The notes beneath the pieces were generated by a model that saw only the letters and a list, made by a program, of their open reading frames with translations, did no database searches and was not told the DNA's origin. The translations under genes were made by a program, and so were the position numbers. From assembly GCA_947626125.1 (NCBI GenBank), contig CANQRA010000001.1, positions 8,881-72,880 on the forward strand: 64,000 nucleotides of DNA, in the 5' to 3' direction. Below are positions 1 through 9,425 of the stretch, one piece after another (the stretch's first letter is position 1; each line of letters begins with the position of its first letter). The stretch comes from an uncultured Bacilli bacterium. GTDB taxonomy: Bacteria; Bacillota_I; Bacilli_A; RF39; UBA660.

Positions 1-184
1 CATTTTTATCTGCTGTGTTCACACAAATCAGACCCCTTTACCTCTATTTTTAATTCTATCTTATTTATGTATTTTTTTCAAGGCTTTTTCAAAACTTTGA
101 GGCAATTTCTAAAATTAATATAGTAAGCAATTAAAATAACAAAAAAAGATATTTATAACTATCAATTATAAATACCTCAATGTT

Positions 185-889
185 TTATTTTAAACCACGA
201 TTATTTACTTTATCATATAGAACTTCATAATTTTTAGATAACAATAAATTAAATAATTCCCCAACTGTCATATCATTTAAATCAACAGCTTTTCCTTCTA
301 TACCATTATCTCTAATATAAAATTTTACTTCCATTAAACTAGCTTTTAAATCTTTGTTTTCAATATATGTTGCTATAACAGTATTTAAATCGTTCTCATT
401 GGAAAAATATAAATATCCGTCTTTATAGGGAATTAAAAATCTAACATAACAATCCATTAAAGGCATATCATCGCTTATTGGGGGATTTTTAACATACCTT
501 AACATTGGTACATTTGGATCCATTGGCTTCGTCTCAACAGCAAAAATATCATTCCAACTATCACCATTTTTAGTGCATATATCAGCTCCAATTATTAATG
601 TTGATGTTGCGAAACTATGAAACCCAAAAGCAATATCTTTATCTTTTGTAAAATTAAACAATGAGGTATAAGTACCATCATTGCCTTTACTTATCATTCC
701 TTCTTTTACGGTATCTTCAAGAAAGACTTTGCTTAAAAAAGAAAAAATTATAAATTCATTTTTTCGTTGTAATTCTTCAAACTTCCGCACTATATTCGGA
801 TCTTTTATTTGTGTAATATCACAATTTGCCTCAGCATACCAAGTTAATCTTTGCGCTAACATAGTACTAATTCTTTTTGCTTTATCCAT
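185..889 (-). CDS. hypothetical protein (234 aa), no recognisable motifs
   Basis: Intact ORF with genome-typical codon usage. It is convergent with the 2H-phosphoesterase gene. I recognise no catalytic motifs by eye. Confidence 0.45.
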   Translation of the reverse strand: MDKAKRISTMLAQRLTWYAEANCDITQIKDPNIVRKFEELQRKNEFIIFSFLSKVFLEDTVKEGMISKGNDGTYTSLFNFTKDKDIAFGFHSFATSTLIIGADICTKNGDSWNDIFAVETKPMDPNVPMLRYVKNPPISDDMPLMDCYVRFLIPYKDGYLYFSNENDLNTVIATYIENKDLKASLMEVKFYIRDNGIEGKAVDLNDMTVGELFNLLLSKNYEVLYDKVNNRGLK

Positions 890-1051
890 CTAAACCTCCA
901 AAATATAAAAATCACTTACATTTTTATTATAACAAATAGATAATATATATTCCAAATCTTTTATAATTATTTGACACTAAATAGATTGATAATTTAAAAT
1001 ATTTATTAGATGAATTATTTGTAAATAATAAACGAAAGGATAAATTAAAAT

Positions 1052-1597
1052 ATGCAAGAGAGAATAACATTTGTTTTAACCTTTAATACTGAAAGTACCA
1101 AAAAAATAAATTCTTATACTAAAAATTGCCAAGAAAATTTATGCAAAGTTCCATTTGGAAAAAATGTTGATAACCGACTAGAAGCTGACACTCTTCCGTA
1201 TCATGTTACTTTATCAGCTTGGAATATCGAAGATGAAGAACGAGTAAATAATGCCTTATCCCAAATTGAATTTCCTAAATTAAAAATACAAATTAATAGT
1301 CTTGGGATAATGAATGGCAAAGAAAACAGTTATGTCTTATACTTCGATGTTGAAAAAAGTGAACAACTAAAATTATTGCAAAGCCAAATATATCAAGTTC
1401 TACCTAGCAAAAATTATAATCCAGAAAATTTTAATTTTCATATAACCATTCATATAGATAAAGATTATAATAAAATACTTGCTATAAAAGAAAAGATATT
1501 AGAGACTTTTAAACCCTTTACCTTAGAAGTTGCGGCTTTTAAATTATATGTAATCTATCCCGCACACTTAATTAATCAATTTAACCCCCATAAATAA
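1052..1597 (+). CDS. 2H phosphoesterase superfamily protein (LigT/YjcG-like 2'-5' RNA ligase / cyclic phosphodiesterase)
   Basis: Two H-x-T/S-x motifs are spaced about 85 aa apart: 'PYHVTLSAW' and 'NFHITIH'. This is the hallmark of 2H phosphoesterases. A -35 TTGACA-like element lies upstream around 971. Confidence 0.55.
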   Translation: MQERITFVLTFNTESTKKINSYTKNCQENLCKVPFGKNVDNRLEADTLPYHVTLSAWNIEDEERVNNALSQIEFPKLKIQINSLGIMNGKENSYVLYFDVEKSEQLKLLQSQIYQVLPSKNYNPENFNFHITIHIDKDYNKILAIKEKILETFKPFTLEVAAFKLYVIYPAHLINQFNPHK

Positions 1598-1621
1598 TTA
1601 TTATAGATAAGAAATATCTTG

Positions 1622-2329
1622 TTATTTTTTCAATGGCTTTTTAACAATTTTATCATAAGGTCGCAAATTTTCCATTAATGTTTTTTTCTTTTTTTGAATA
1701 ACTAAAATATTTCTTAACCCTTCATTTTGATATAAATAAAATGTCTCTTGCTTATGAATTATTCCCCCTAAAATAGCAATAGTATCTGATGCCTCTTTTA
1801 ATTCTTCTTCAACATTTCCTTTAAGAGCAATAAAGTATCCTTCTTCTTTTACTAATGGTAAAGCCAACTCCGAAAGGACTCTTAAATTAGCTACTGCTCT
1901 GGAAGTAACAACATCAAAGGTATTTAAATTATCTTTAGCATATTCTTCTACTCTTTTATTTATAATATTTACTTTAACATCAAGAATTTCGGCTAAATAT
2001 TTTAAAAAGGTTGTCTTTTTATTATTAGAGTCTAATAAATAAACATCAAGATGGGGAAAAAAGATTTTAATAACCATTCCCGGAAATCCAGCACCAGTAC
2101 CTATATCTAGTAAATTATGAACATTATTTAAATCGATGGCTTTTACAATAGTTAAAGAATCATAAAAATGTTTTAAATAAATCCCTTCATCATCTTTAAT
2201 CGCGGTTAAATTCGTATGCTCATTATAATCTTTTAATTCTTGGCGATACTTTTCTAATTTTTCAATCATCTCATCATTAAAAGCAATATTTAATTCTTTT
2301 AAACTAGTTAAAAATTCCTCTTTATTCAT
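1622..2329 (-). CDS. rsmG: 16S rRNA (guanine527-N7)-methyltransferase RsmG (GidB)
   Basis: SAM-binding motif 'LLDIGTGAGFPGMVIKI'. It lies immediately downstream of mnmG with an overlapping stop/start, which is classical oriC-region synteny. Confidence 0.9.
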   Translation of the reverse strand: MNKEEFLTSLKELNIAFNDEMIEKLEKYRQELKDYNEHTNLTAIKDDEGIYLKHFYDSLTIVKAIDLNNVHNLLDIGTGAGFPGMVIKIFFPHLDVYLLDSNNKKTTFLKYLAEILDVKVNIINKRVEEYAKDNLNTFDVVTSRAVANLRVLSELALPLVKEEGYFIALKGNVEEELKEASDTIAILGGIIHKQETFYLYQNEGLRNILVIQKKKKTLMENLRPYDKIVKKPLKK

Positions 2330-4184
2330 TTTTATTATATTCCTTCTTTAAATAAACCGCTAAAATGGAAATATCCACCGGATTTACGCCACTTATTCTT
2401 GAAGCTTGAGCAATAGTTCTTGGTCTTATTTCACTTAGTTTTTGTCTTGCTTCACTAGCTAAGTTTCTAACCTTTTGATAATCTATATCCTCGGGAATTT
2501 CTTTCTCTTCAATCTTTTCTAATTTTTCAGCTTCTTTATAAGCTTTATCAATATATCCTTTATATTTAAGCAATATTTCTACTTGTTCTAAAACATCAGC
2601 ATCATAAGAAAATTCTTTAAAATTCTTTAGAAAAGCAAAATTAATCTCTGGTCTTTTTAATAATTCTTCATAACTGATAGTCTTTTTAGGGATAAGAATA
2701 TCATATTTATTAAAAATCTTTTTAACTTCTTCATTGATAACTAACTTTTCATCTTTTAACTCTTGTTGTAACTTCTTTATATTTTCTTTTTTTTGCAATA
2801 ATCTTTCATGTTGTTCATCACTTATTAAACCTATTTGATAACCATACTCTCTTAATCTTAAATCAGCATTATCATGACGAAGTAACAATCTAAATTCCGC
2901 CCTACTTGTAAGCATCCGATACGGATCTTTTACTCCCTTAGTTACTAAATCATCGATTAAAACACCAATATAAGCTTCATTTCTTTTTAATATTAAACTA
3001 TTTTTACCTTGTATTTTTAAAGATGCATTAATCCCAGCGATTAATCCTTGACTAGCAGCTTCTTCATATCCACTTGTTCCATTAATTTGCCCCGCGGTAA
3101 ATAAATTTTCTAATACTTTATTTTCTAAAGTTGGTTTTATTTGCAAAGCATCAATGGCATCATACTCAATGGCATAAGCATATTTAGATATCACCGCATT
3201 TTCTAATCCTACTAAAGAATGCACCATCTCTTCTTGAACATTAATAGGCATACTAGTAGAAAATCCTTGTAAGTACCATTCATCATAATAAATACTCTCG
3301 GGTTCTAAGAATAATTGATGTCTTGGTTTATCACTAAAACGGACAACTTTATCTTCAATGGAAGGACAATATCTAGGACCGACACCTGTCACATATCCTC
3401 CATACATAGATGATTCTTTTAAATGTTTCCGAATTATTTCATGTGTTAAATCATTAGTATATAATAAATAACATTTTTGTTGTTTATTTATCTCATATTG
3501 AGGTTTAATATCATGACTAAAAGTAAGATATGTATCATCGCCCAATTCTTCTTTTAAAACACTAAAATTAATCGATTCTTTTTTTATTCTGGGTGGTGTT
3601 CCCGTTTTAAGTCTTAGAATATTTAAACCATATTTTTTTAAATTATCACTAAGTAAGTTACTTCTTCCTTCGCCATGTGGTCCTGATGGGATGCTTTCAC
3701 TTCCTCTTAAAACATTAGCCTTTAAATAAGTCCCTGTGGTAAGAATAACTTCTTTACTATATATCTTTTCTTTATTATCTAGGACTACCCCTTCTACTTT
3801 AGAATCATCCACAATTAAATCTTCCACCAAGGCCTCTTTTATTTCTAAATTAGAATTACTTTCTAAATAAGAAAGCATAACTTTAGGATATACTCTTTTA
3901 TCAGCTTGGCATCTTAAACTTCTAACCGCGGGTCCTTTACTATTATTAAGCATTTTAATTTGAAAGTGACTTTTATCAGCCACAATGCCCATTAAACCGC
4001 CTAAAGCATCTATTTCTCTTACGATAACTCCTTTAGCTGTACCCCCAATGGAAGGATTACATGGCATATCGGCAATATTATTTTTATTCATTGTTAAAAG
4101 AAGGGTTTTCATTCCCATTTTAGCACAAGCATAACTAGCTTCACAACCAGCATGCCCTCCCCCAACAACAATAACATCATACAT
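2322..4184 (-). CDS. mnmG: tRNA uridine 5-carboxymethylaminomethyl modification enzyme MnmG (GidA)
   Basis: N-terminal FAD motif 'DVIVVGGGHAGCEA'. Length is 620 aa. It sits between mnmE and rsmG. Confidence 0.95.
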   Translation of the reverse strand: MYDVIVVGGGHAGCEASYACAKMGMKTLLLTMNKNNIADMPCNPSIGGTAKGVIVREIDALGGLMGIVADKSHFQIKMLNNSKGPAVRSLRCQADKRVYPKVMLSYLESNSNLEIKEALVEDLIVDDSKVEGVVLDNKEKIYSKEVILTTGTYLKANVLRGSESIPSGPHGEGRSNLLSDNLKKYGLNILRLKTGTPPRIKKESINFSVLKEELGDDTYLTFSHDIKPQYEINKQQKCYLLYTNDLTHEIIRKHLKESSMYGGYVTGVGPRYCPSIEDKVVRFSDKPRHQLFLEPESIYYDEWYLQGFSTSMPINVQEEMVHSLVGLENAVISKYAYAIEYDAIDALQIKPTLENKVLENLFTAGQINGTSGYEEAASQGLIAGINASLKIQGKNSLILKRNEAYIGVLIDDLVTKGVKDPYRMLTSRAEFRLLLRHDNADLRLREYGYQIGLISDEQHERLLQKKENIKKLQQELKDEKLVINEEVKKIFNKYDILIPKKTISYEELLKRPEINFAFLKNFKEFSYDADVLEQVEILLKYKGYIDKAYKEAEKLEKIEEKEIPEDIDYQKVRNLASEARQKLSEIRPRTIAQASRISGVNPVDISILAVYLKKEYNKNE

Positions 4185-4191
4185 AATATCA

Positions 4192-5529
4192 CTACTTTCC
4201 TAAACAGAAATTACTAAATAAAGTATCAATTAATTCATCTTGATATACTTCTCCCGTAATCTCTCCTAATAAATTCCAGGCATTTTTAATATCAATCAAT
4301 GCCATATCAACAGGCATGGTTTCTAGATTATTCAAAGCTTCTTCTAAACTTTTAAGGGCCTTTTTTAATAAATCAATTTGTCGAACATTAGATAAATAGG
4401 TCATATCTTTATTAATATGTTCTAAGTTTAATTTTTTTATAATTGCTTCTTTTAAACTATCTAATCCCTTATCATCTTTGGTATTACCAACGATATATTC
4501 ACTTTCTAATTTAATATTCATCTTTAAATCTGACTTATTAATAAATATAATTCTTTTCTTTTTGTTAATGCTTTTAATTAAGTTTTCATCTTCCCCACTT
4601 ATTTTCTCATGACCATTTAAAACTAGAATAACTAAATCAGCTTCTTTTAAAACTCTCTTACTTTTTTGAACGCCTATTTTCTCTACTCTATCCGTCGTTT
4701 TTCGAATTCCTGCCGTATCAATAAAGTTAATTAGAAATCCTTGTAAACTAATAGAACCTTCCACAATATCTCTTGTTGTCCCCGCAATGTTGGTTACAAT
4801 AGCTTTTTCTTCATCAAGCAAGCGATTTAATATACTACTTTTTCCGACATTTGGTTTACCTACAATAGCAATATTAATTCCTTCTTTAATCATTCTACTA
4901 TCTTTAGCTGCACCTAACATTGCTTTTAACTTTTCTAATAATTGCTTAATTTTGGGCATTAAAAGGTCTTTCGTAACTACTTCAATATCTTCATATTCTG
5001 GATAATCAATATTAACTTCAATATTTGCAATAATATCCACGATTTCTTTCCTAATATTTCTAATTTTTTGGTTAAGCGTACCTTTTAAATTATTTAAAGC
5101 TAAACTTCGTTGTTTATCGGATGAAGCATTAATTAAATCATTCACGGATTCGGCTTGGGTTAAATCAATTCTCCCATTTAAAAAGGCTCTTTTGGTAAAT
5201 TCACCTGGTTCTGCTAAACGACACCCAGCTTCCAACAATAACTCAAGAATTTTATTGGTTGTATTCACTCCCCCATGCGAATTAATTTCCACAATATCTT
5301 CTTTTGTATATGTTTTAGGAGCTAACATTATATTTACTAATACTTCATCAATTGTTTCTTCTTTATCACATATAAAACCATAATGAATAGTATGACTCTT
5401 CACTTTTTTTAAATCGGGTCCTTTAAATATTTTACTCACAATTTCAATGGCCTCTTTACCAGACACTCTAATAATGGAAATTGCTCCCATACCTGATGCG
5501 GTTGAAATTGCACATATAGTATCTTCCAT
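4192..5529 (-). CDS. mnmE: tRNA modification GTPase MnmE (TrmE)
   Basis: G-domain motifs 'GKPNVGKSS' and 'DTAG', plus a C-terminal 'CLGK'. The ORF track extends to 5583, but the internal Met in 'MEDTICAISTASG' at 5529 matches the conserved MnmE N-terminus and is preceded by a GGGGA Shine-Dalgarno-like sequence. Confidence 0.88.
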   Translation of the reverse strand: MEDTICAISTASGMGAISIIRVSGKEAIEIVSKIFKGPDLKKVKSHTIHYGFICDKEETIDEVLVNIMLAPKTYTKEDIVEINSHGGVNTTNKILELLLEAGCRLAEPGEFTKRAFLNGRIDLTQAESVNDLINASSDKQRSLALNNLKGTLNQKIRNIRKEIVDIIANIEVNIDYPEYEDIEVVTKDLLMPKIKQLLEKLKAMLGAAKDSRMIKEGINIAIVGKPNVGKSSILNRLLDEEKAIVTNIAGTTRDIVEGSISLQGFLINFIDTAGIRKTTDRVEKIGVQKSKRVLKEADLVILVLNGHEKISGEDENLIKSINKKKRIIFINKSDLKMNIKLESEYIVGNTKDDKGLDSLKEAIIKKLNLEHINKDMTYLSNVRQIDLLKKALKSLEEALNNLETMPVDMALIDIKNAWNLLGEITGEVYQDELIDTLFSNFCLGK

Positions 5530-5614
5530 AATATTATCCCCACTTACCGGGTATATAATAGCACAAAAATAAACTTTTTGCATTAAAAAAAGCCCAAAGG
5601 CTCTTTTCTATAGT

Positions 5615-6220
5615 TTATTCTGGTTTAATTACAACATGTCTATTAGGTTCTTCGCCCGTACTTTCTGTTGTAACACCTTTAAAATTAGTTAATACATTAT
5701 GCACAATTCTTCGGTCATAAGCATTCATATTATCTAAATGGGCTTCTACTTTTGTTCTTGCTACATCCTTAGCTACATTCTTAGCTAATCTTTCTAACCT
5801 TCTTTGTTGTTTCTCCCGATAATCTTCGACATCTAACATGACATGAACGCGAATATTAAAATCAGTATTAAGTTTTTGTTTTAAAATTGTTTCTAAGGCT
5901 CTTAAAGTATTACCTTCTCTACCTATTATCACAGGATTATTATCTGAATATATTTTTATCCAGAGCACATTATCTCTTAATTTAGTTTCAAAATTAACAG
6001 TCAAATTCATATTGCCTAATAATTCTTCTAAATATTCTTTAGCATATTGTAATAAGTCTTGCTTTAAATACGCATTAACAACAATGTTATTTTTGCCAAA
6101 TAACCCATTCTTTTTTTCCGTATAATTATAATAGAAATCATCTTTTGTAATATTTAATTCATTACATATACTTTCTAAAATATCCTCTAATAATTTTCCT
6201 TCTTTAGTTATTATTTCCAT
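5615..6220 (-). CDS. jag: Jag/KhpB RNA-binding protein (KH + R3H domains)
   Basis: R3H motif 'IGREGNTLRALETIL'. Its position downstream of yidC (spoIIIJ) is conserved. Confidence 0.85.
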   Translation of the reverse strand: MEIITKEGKLLEDILESICNELNITKDDFYYNYTEKKNGLFGKNNIVVNAYLKQDLLQYAKEYLEELLGNMNLTVNFETKLRDNVLWIKIYSDNNPVIIGREGNTLRALETILKQKLNTDFNIRVHVMLDVEDYREKQQRRLERLAKNVAKDVARTKVEAHLDNMNAYDRRIVHNVLTNFKGVTTESTGEEPNRHVVIKPE

Positions 6221-7247
6221 ACTTAAGACCTCTTTTAACTTCTAATTTATCTTTGATTTTATCTTTTTTATTATTTTTATCTTTATCTTTTCTTTTTTCT
6301 CCCGATAACCTTTTAAATATATAAGTTTGAACGGCGATGAAGGCATAAGTTGTTATCCAGTAAAACGCTAATGCGGTTGATAAAGAGAATGATGTCACCA
6401 CAATCAAAATAACCATAATATTTGTCATCATGCGCATTTGACTTTGCATCTCTTTAGTTTGATTAACGGCATTTGTTTGACTCATTGAATACTTAAAGGA
6501 AAAATATGTTGATAAAGCAATTAAGATAATAAGTAATAAGTAAATATATTTTCCTTGCGATAATCCCACATAAGGGGTCATTCCTAAATTAAAACCTAAT
6601 AAAGAATCTTCAAAGATGGCAGGTACCCGATTAATCGCCGACAAGAAGGCAAAGAAGATTGGCAACTGTAAAAAGGATACTAAACAACCACTCATTGGTT
6701 TCACATCATACTTTTTATATATCGCCATCATCTCTTGACTTTTCATCATCATCGAATCTCGGTCATCACGGCCCCGATATTTAAGTTCCAATTTTTGCAT
6801 ATCTTGTTGCACCTTTTGCATATTTTTGCTTTGCTTCATCGTTTTAAAAGAAAAAGGTAATAATATTAAACGAATAAGTAAACCAATAATGATAAGGGAA
6901 ATACCCATATTACCTATTAAATCGCCTAGCTTTAAGATTAAATAAGCAAGTGGTTTTACAAATAATAATTCCCAAATACCCGAAGCTTTATTAGAATTAA
7001 GTTTAAAATTACTACAAGTTGGTAAATCTTCTAATTTGATTTTTAATTCTTTATTATATTCTTCATAAACTTTATATAATTCGGAATCACTTTCCGGTTT
7101 ACATAAAATATTATTTGGTAAATTTTGTCCTGTTTCTTTATATTGAACAATCTTATTATCACTATCTTTAATGTAATCACTAGCCCCACAGCCACTTGTT
7201 AAGAAAACGACTAAAACTAAAGTTACAACCATCCATCTTTTTTTCAT
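6204..7247 (-). CDS. yidC: membrane protein insertase YidC/SpoIIIJ (lipoprotein type)
   Basis: Lipobox 'FLTSGC' followed by multi-pass TM helices. It sits between rnpA and jag. Confidence 0.9.
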   Translation of the reverse strand: MKKRWMVVTLVLVVFLTSGCGASDYIKDSDNKIVQYKETGQNLPNNILCKPESDSELYKVYEEYNKELKIKLEDLPTCSNFKLNSNKASGIWELLFVKPLAYLILKLGDLIGNMGISLIIIGLLIRLILLPFSFKTMKQSKNMQKVQQDMQKLELKYRGRDDRDSMMMKSQEMMAIYKKYDVKPMSGCLVSFLQLPIFFAFLSAINRVPAIFEDSLLGFNLGMTPYVGLSQGKYIYLLLIILIALSTYFSFKYSMSQTNAVNQTKEMQSQMRMMTNIMVILIVVTSFSLSTALAFYWITTYAFIAVQTYIFKRLSGEKRKDKDKNNKKDKIKDKLEVKRGLKYGNNN

Positions 7248-7248
7248 G

Positions 7249-7578
7249 TTATTCTCCTTTATTATTTAATAACTTCTTTAATTCTAACTCCATCATATTA
7301 AAACTAATATCTAAAACACCCTTTTTACATATTATAATATAATTATGATTATTTGGAAATAAAAAGACGTTGTTATCAATAATTTTTCGCATTTGTCTTT
7401 TTAATTTATTTCTTACCACTGCATTACCAATCTTTTTCCCGACAGCAATTCCATAGTTATTTTTTTCTTCCTCTTTTTCCTGATAACAAATAATAAAATA
7501 CTTATTGCTCCATCTTTTTCCCTTAGCAATTATATTATTAAATAACTCATTAGATTTAACGACATCTCTTTTTTTCAT
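7249..7578 (-). CDS. rnpA: ribonuclease P protein component
   Basis: 109-aa basic protein with N-terminal 'KKRDVVKSNELF'. It lies directly downstream of rpmH. Confidence 0.85.
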   Translation of the reverse strand: MKKRDVVKSNELFNNIIAKGKRWSNKYFIICYQEKEEEKNNYGIAVGKKIGNAVVRNKLKRQMRKIIDNNVFLFPNNHNYIIICKKGVLDISFNMMELELKKLLNNKGE

Positions 7579-7599
7579 ATTAAAAAAACGCGTAAGAAA

Positions 7600-7722
7600 T
7601 TATTTAGTTAATTCCTTACGTCCTTTTCTACGACGATTATTAATAATCTTTGTTCCTTTACGAGCAAAGAAACCGTGTTTTTTAGCTTTTTTAAGATTAT
7701 TTGGTTGATATGTTCTTTTCAT
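7600..7722 (-). CDS. rpmH: 50S ribosomal protein L34 (40 aa; not in ORF track because it is too short)
   Basis: Hand translation of the minus strand gives [40 protein letters not shown], a clear L34 signature. A Shine-Dalgarno-like GAGG lies upstream. Confidence 0.85.
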   Translation of the reverse strand: MKRTYQPNNLKKAKKHGFFARKGTKIINNRRRKGRKELTK

Positions 7723-7754
7723 TTTTATAACACCTCTTCTTCCTAAGCGTTCTT

Positions 7755-7784
7755 ATTATAATATTAATTAAGGATTGATGTCAA
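7755..7784 (-). promoter_or_regulatory. sigma-A type promoter for the rpmH-rnpA-yidC-jag operon
   Basis: On the minus strand: TTGACA (-35, 7779..7784), an 18-bp spacer, then TATAAT (-10, 7755..7760). Confidence 0.45.
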
Positions 7785-7793
7785 GAAAATTCA

Positions 7794-9119
7794 CTACCGA
7801 CTTTTCTTATTTTGTCCTAAAGATTCCTTATTTTCTCTATATTTTTGAATATCTCTATAATATTGATTAATAAGTAAGCTTCTAACATAACCTTTATTTT
7901 GGTAAATGCCCAAATTCTTTTTATCTTGCGGTACACACTTATCTAACATATCTATCCCACAAAATTCTAGGCGCCCGTTACATAAACCTAGAACAGTTGA
8001 ACCGAAACGGTAAAGACAAACAAAATCGTCATTATTCAAGTTACTAATAGCAAAAAATTCTTGAGCAAGGTACATAAACTTATATAAAGGTATCTTTACC
8101 GGAAGTTTTTCTTCTCTTACAATCTCATCAGAAACAATTTCTCCTAACCATATTTCGTATTCTTCTTCCCCAGCAATAATATATTTTACGGGCTTTCCTT
8201 CATATATATAAATATCCATGTATTGGTCAGTTATTAAATTATTTGTGACTACATCTAAAATTTTAGCCGCTAAATCATAATCAGTAAAATCTATTTTATC
8301 TAATAACCGCAGGCTTTCATAGCTGGTACCGTATCCACTACCAGTCAAAAACATTTTCACTTTATCCTTAATTAAACTAAAAATCATACTTATTTGCTTT
8401 TTAAATTTTTCATTATCGGCACTTGCCATCGCAGCATGGTATCTTTCGGTTAAATTATTTGATAATGTACTTATTTCTAAATTATAATTTTTAGCTTCCC
8501 ATTTATGATTAATATCTTCAAATAATTCTTGATAATAAATTGGAAATAAAGGCTTTAAAAGAACTTCTTGAAGTTGTCTTAATTGAATACCATTGTAATC
8601 AAGAGCTTGGGCTTTTGCCATTAATCCTTTATAAAGTGGGTAATTAATTGCCGCGATTTTAAACCTAGCATCTACTGCTTTTTTAAACTGACGAAGATAA
8701 AAAGAATCCATGCTTTCTCTATTGGGATATCTACAATTAGCCTTTATACTTTCCTTAAGTGTTGTATCTTTTAATTTTTCAATATCATCTTTTATAACAT
8801 CATAATAAGGATTATGTTTATATGACTCAACTACTCTGTTAATATCAGCTAAAAAGGTATTATTCCCTCTAAGTCTTTTTAAACTTTCATAAAATTCATT
8901 AATTCCCATATTAGCATTAATTTTAAAAGAGCCATCTGTTCCTATAAAATATTTATCAAAATAATAATTTTTAAAAGTTTTGTACCATAACCTAATTAAA
9001 GCAAAAAATTCATCAAGTATATTTTTTACTTCTGCCTTAGTATTAGCATCATCCACTTTGGTAGGAAAATTAACAATCTCTCCAACAAACACTTTTGCTA
9101 AAGAAGAAAATTCTTTCAA
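7794..9119 (-). CDS. hypothetical protein (441 aa), probably the frameshifted C-terminal portion of the upstream J-domain gene
   Basis: The ORF begins at a TTG with no Shine-Dalgarno sequence and overlaps the 9070..9411 ORF by 50 nt in the +1 frame. Its N-terminus ('VGEIVNFP...EVKNILDEFFALIRLWYKTFKN') aligns with the middle domain of the 9426..10085 paralog ('VGEYLIPS...EIDVIFLEFKNKIASWYEQFKN'). Confidence 0.5.
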   Translation of the reverse strand: MKEFSSLAKVFVGEIVNFPTKVDDANTKAEVKNILDEFFALIRLWYKTFKNYYFDKYFIGTDGSFKINANMGINEFYESLKRLRGNNTFLADINRVVESYKHNPYYDVIKDDIEKLKDTTLKESIKANCRYPNRESMDSFYLRQFKKAVDARFKIAAINYPLYKGLMAKAQALDYNGIQLRQLQEVLLKPLFPIYYQELFEDINHKWEAKNYNLEISTLSNNLTERYHAAMASADNEKFKKQISMIFSLIKDKVKMFLTGSGYGTSYESLRLLDKIDFTDYDLAAKILDVVTNNLITDQYMDIYIYEGKPVKYIIAGEEEYEIWLGEIVSDEIVREEKLPVKIPLYKFMYLAQEFFAISNLNNDDFVCLYRFGSTVLGLCNGRLEFCGIDMLDKCVPQDKKNLGIYQNKGYVRSLLINQYYRDIQKYRENKESLGQNKKSR

Positions 9120-9411
9120 AAATGATTTTTTCCTTTACTACGATTTTATAAGCTTTTAATTCTTCATCGTCAGTACTAGCATTATAAAAATTGTTATCTT
9201 TCTTTCCTTCTTTTAAAGCATTACTTAAAATTTCATATGCCAAATTTATTTTCTTTAATTTTTCGGTTGCTTCCCTTTTTTCTACTTCTGTTTTATTAAT
9301 TAAAGCATCTGGATGATATTTTTTAGCTAAAGCATAATATCTCTTTCGTAATTCACCCTCAGTATAATTATTATTTAGTCCTAATATTTTTAAGGCATCA
9401 CCATGATTCAT
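9070..9411 (-). CDS. J-domain (DnaJ N-terminal domain) protein, truncated; likely the 5' part of a frameshifted gene
   Basis: J-domain with an HPD motif: 'KRYYALAKKYHPDALINKTEVEKREATEKLKKINLAYEILS'. It ends within the A6/T5 homopolymer region at 9118..9131. Confidence 0.6.
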   Translation of the reverse strand: MNHGDALKILGLNNNYTEGELRKRYYALAKKYHPDALINKTEVEKREATEKLKKINLAYEILSNALKEGKKDNNFYNASTDDEELKAYKIVVKEKIIFERIFFFSKSVCWRDC

Positions 9412-9425
9412 TTCTAACCCCTTTG

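Noticed and set aside
681-893. Antisense or overlapping small ORFs in the six-frame track: 681..893+, 4787..5005+, 5192..5383+, 7505..7708+, 12976..13269-, 13121..13339-, 13448..13756-, 14276..14530-, 14815..15012-, 16503..16736-, 17576..17920-, 19568..19795-, 19976..20437-, 21808..22044-, 22492..22716-, 28818..29027+, 29590..30087-, 30832..31098-, 31516..31725+, 41223..41426-, 42395..42619-, 43367..43609-, 46655..46888-, 46946..47218-, 47352..47546-, 47700..47990-, 51655..51924-, 52288..52476-, 53889..54182-, 55854..56054-, 56751..56990-, 59346..59594-, 59708..59944-
   Set aside because: Each lies wholly inside, or antisense to, a well-supported conserved gene such as rpmH, gyrB, gyrA, mfd or the ribosomal genes. 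They have low-complexity Leu/Ser/Phe/Ile-rich translations typical of AT-rich antisense frames and no Shine-Dalgarno sequences.
4192-5583. An N-terminal 18-aa extension of MnmE, from the ORF-track start at 5583
   Set aside because: The upstream Met adds a hydrophobic peptide that is not found in MnmE. The internal Met at 5529 aligns with the conserved start and has a Shine-Dalgarno-like sequence.
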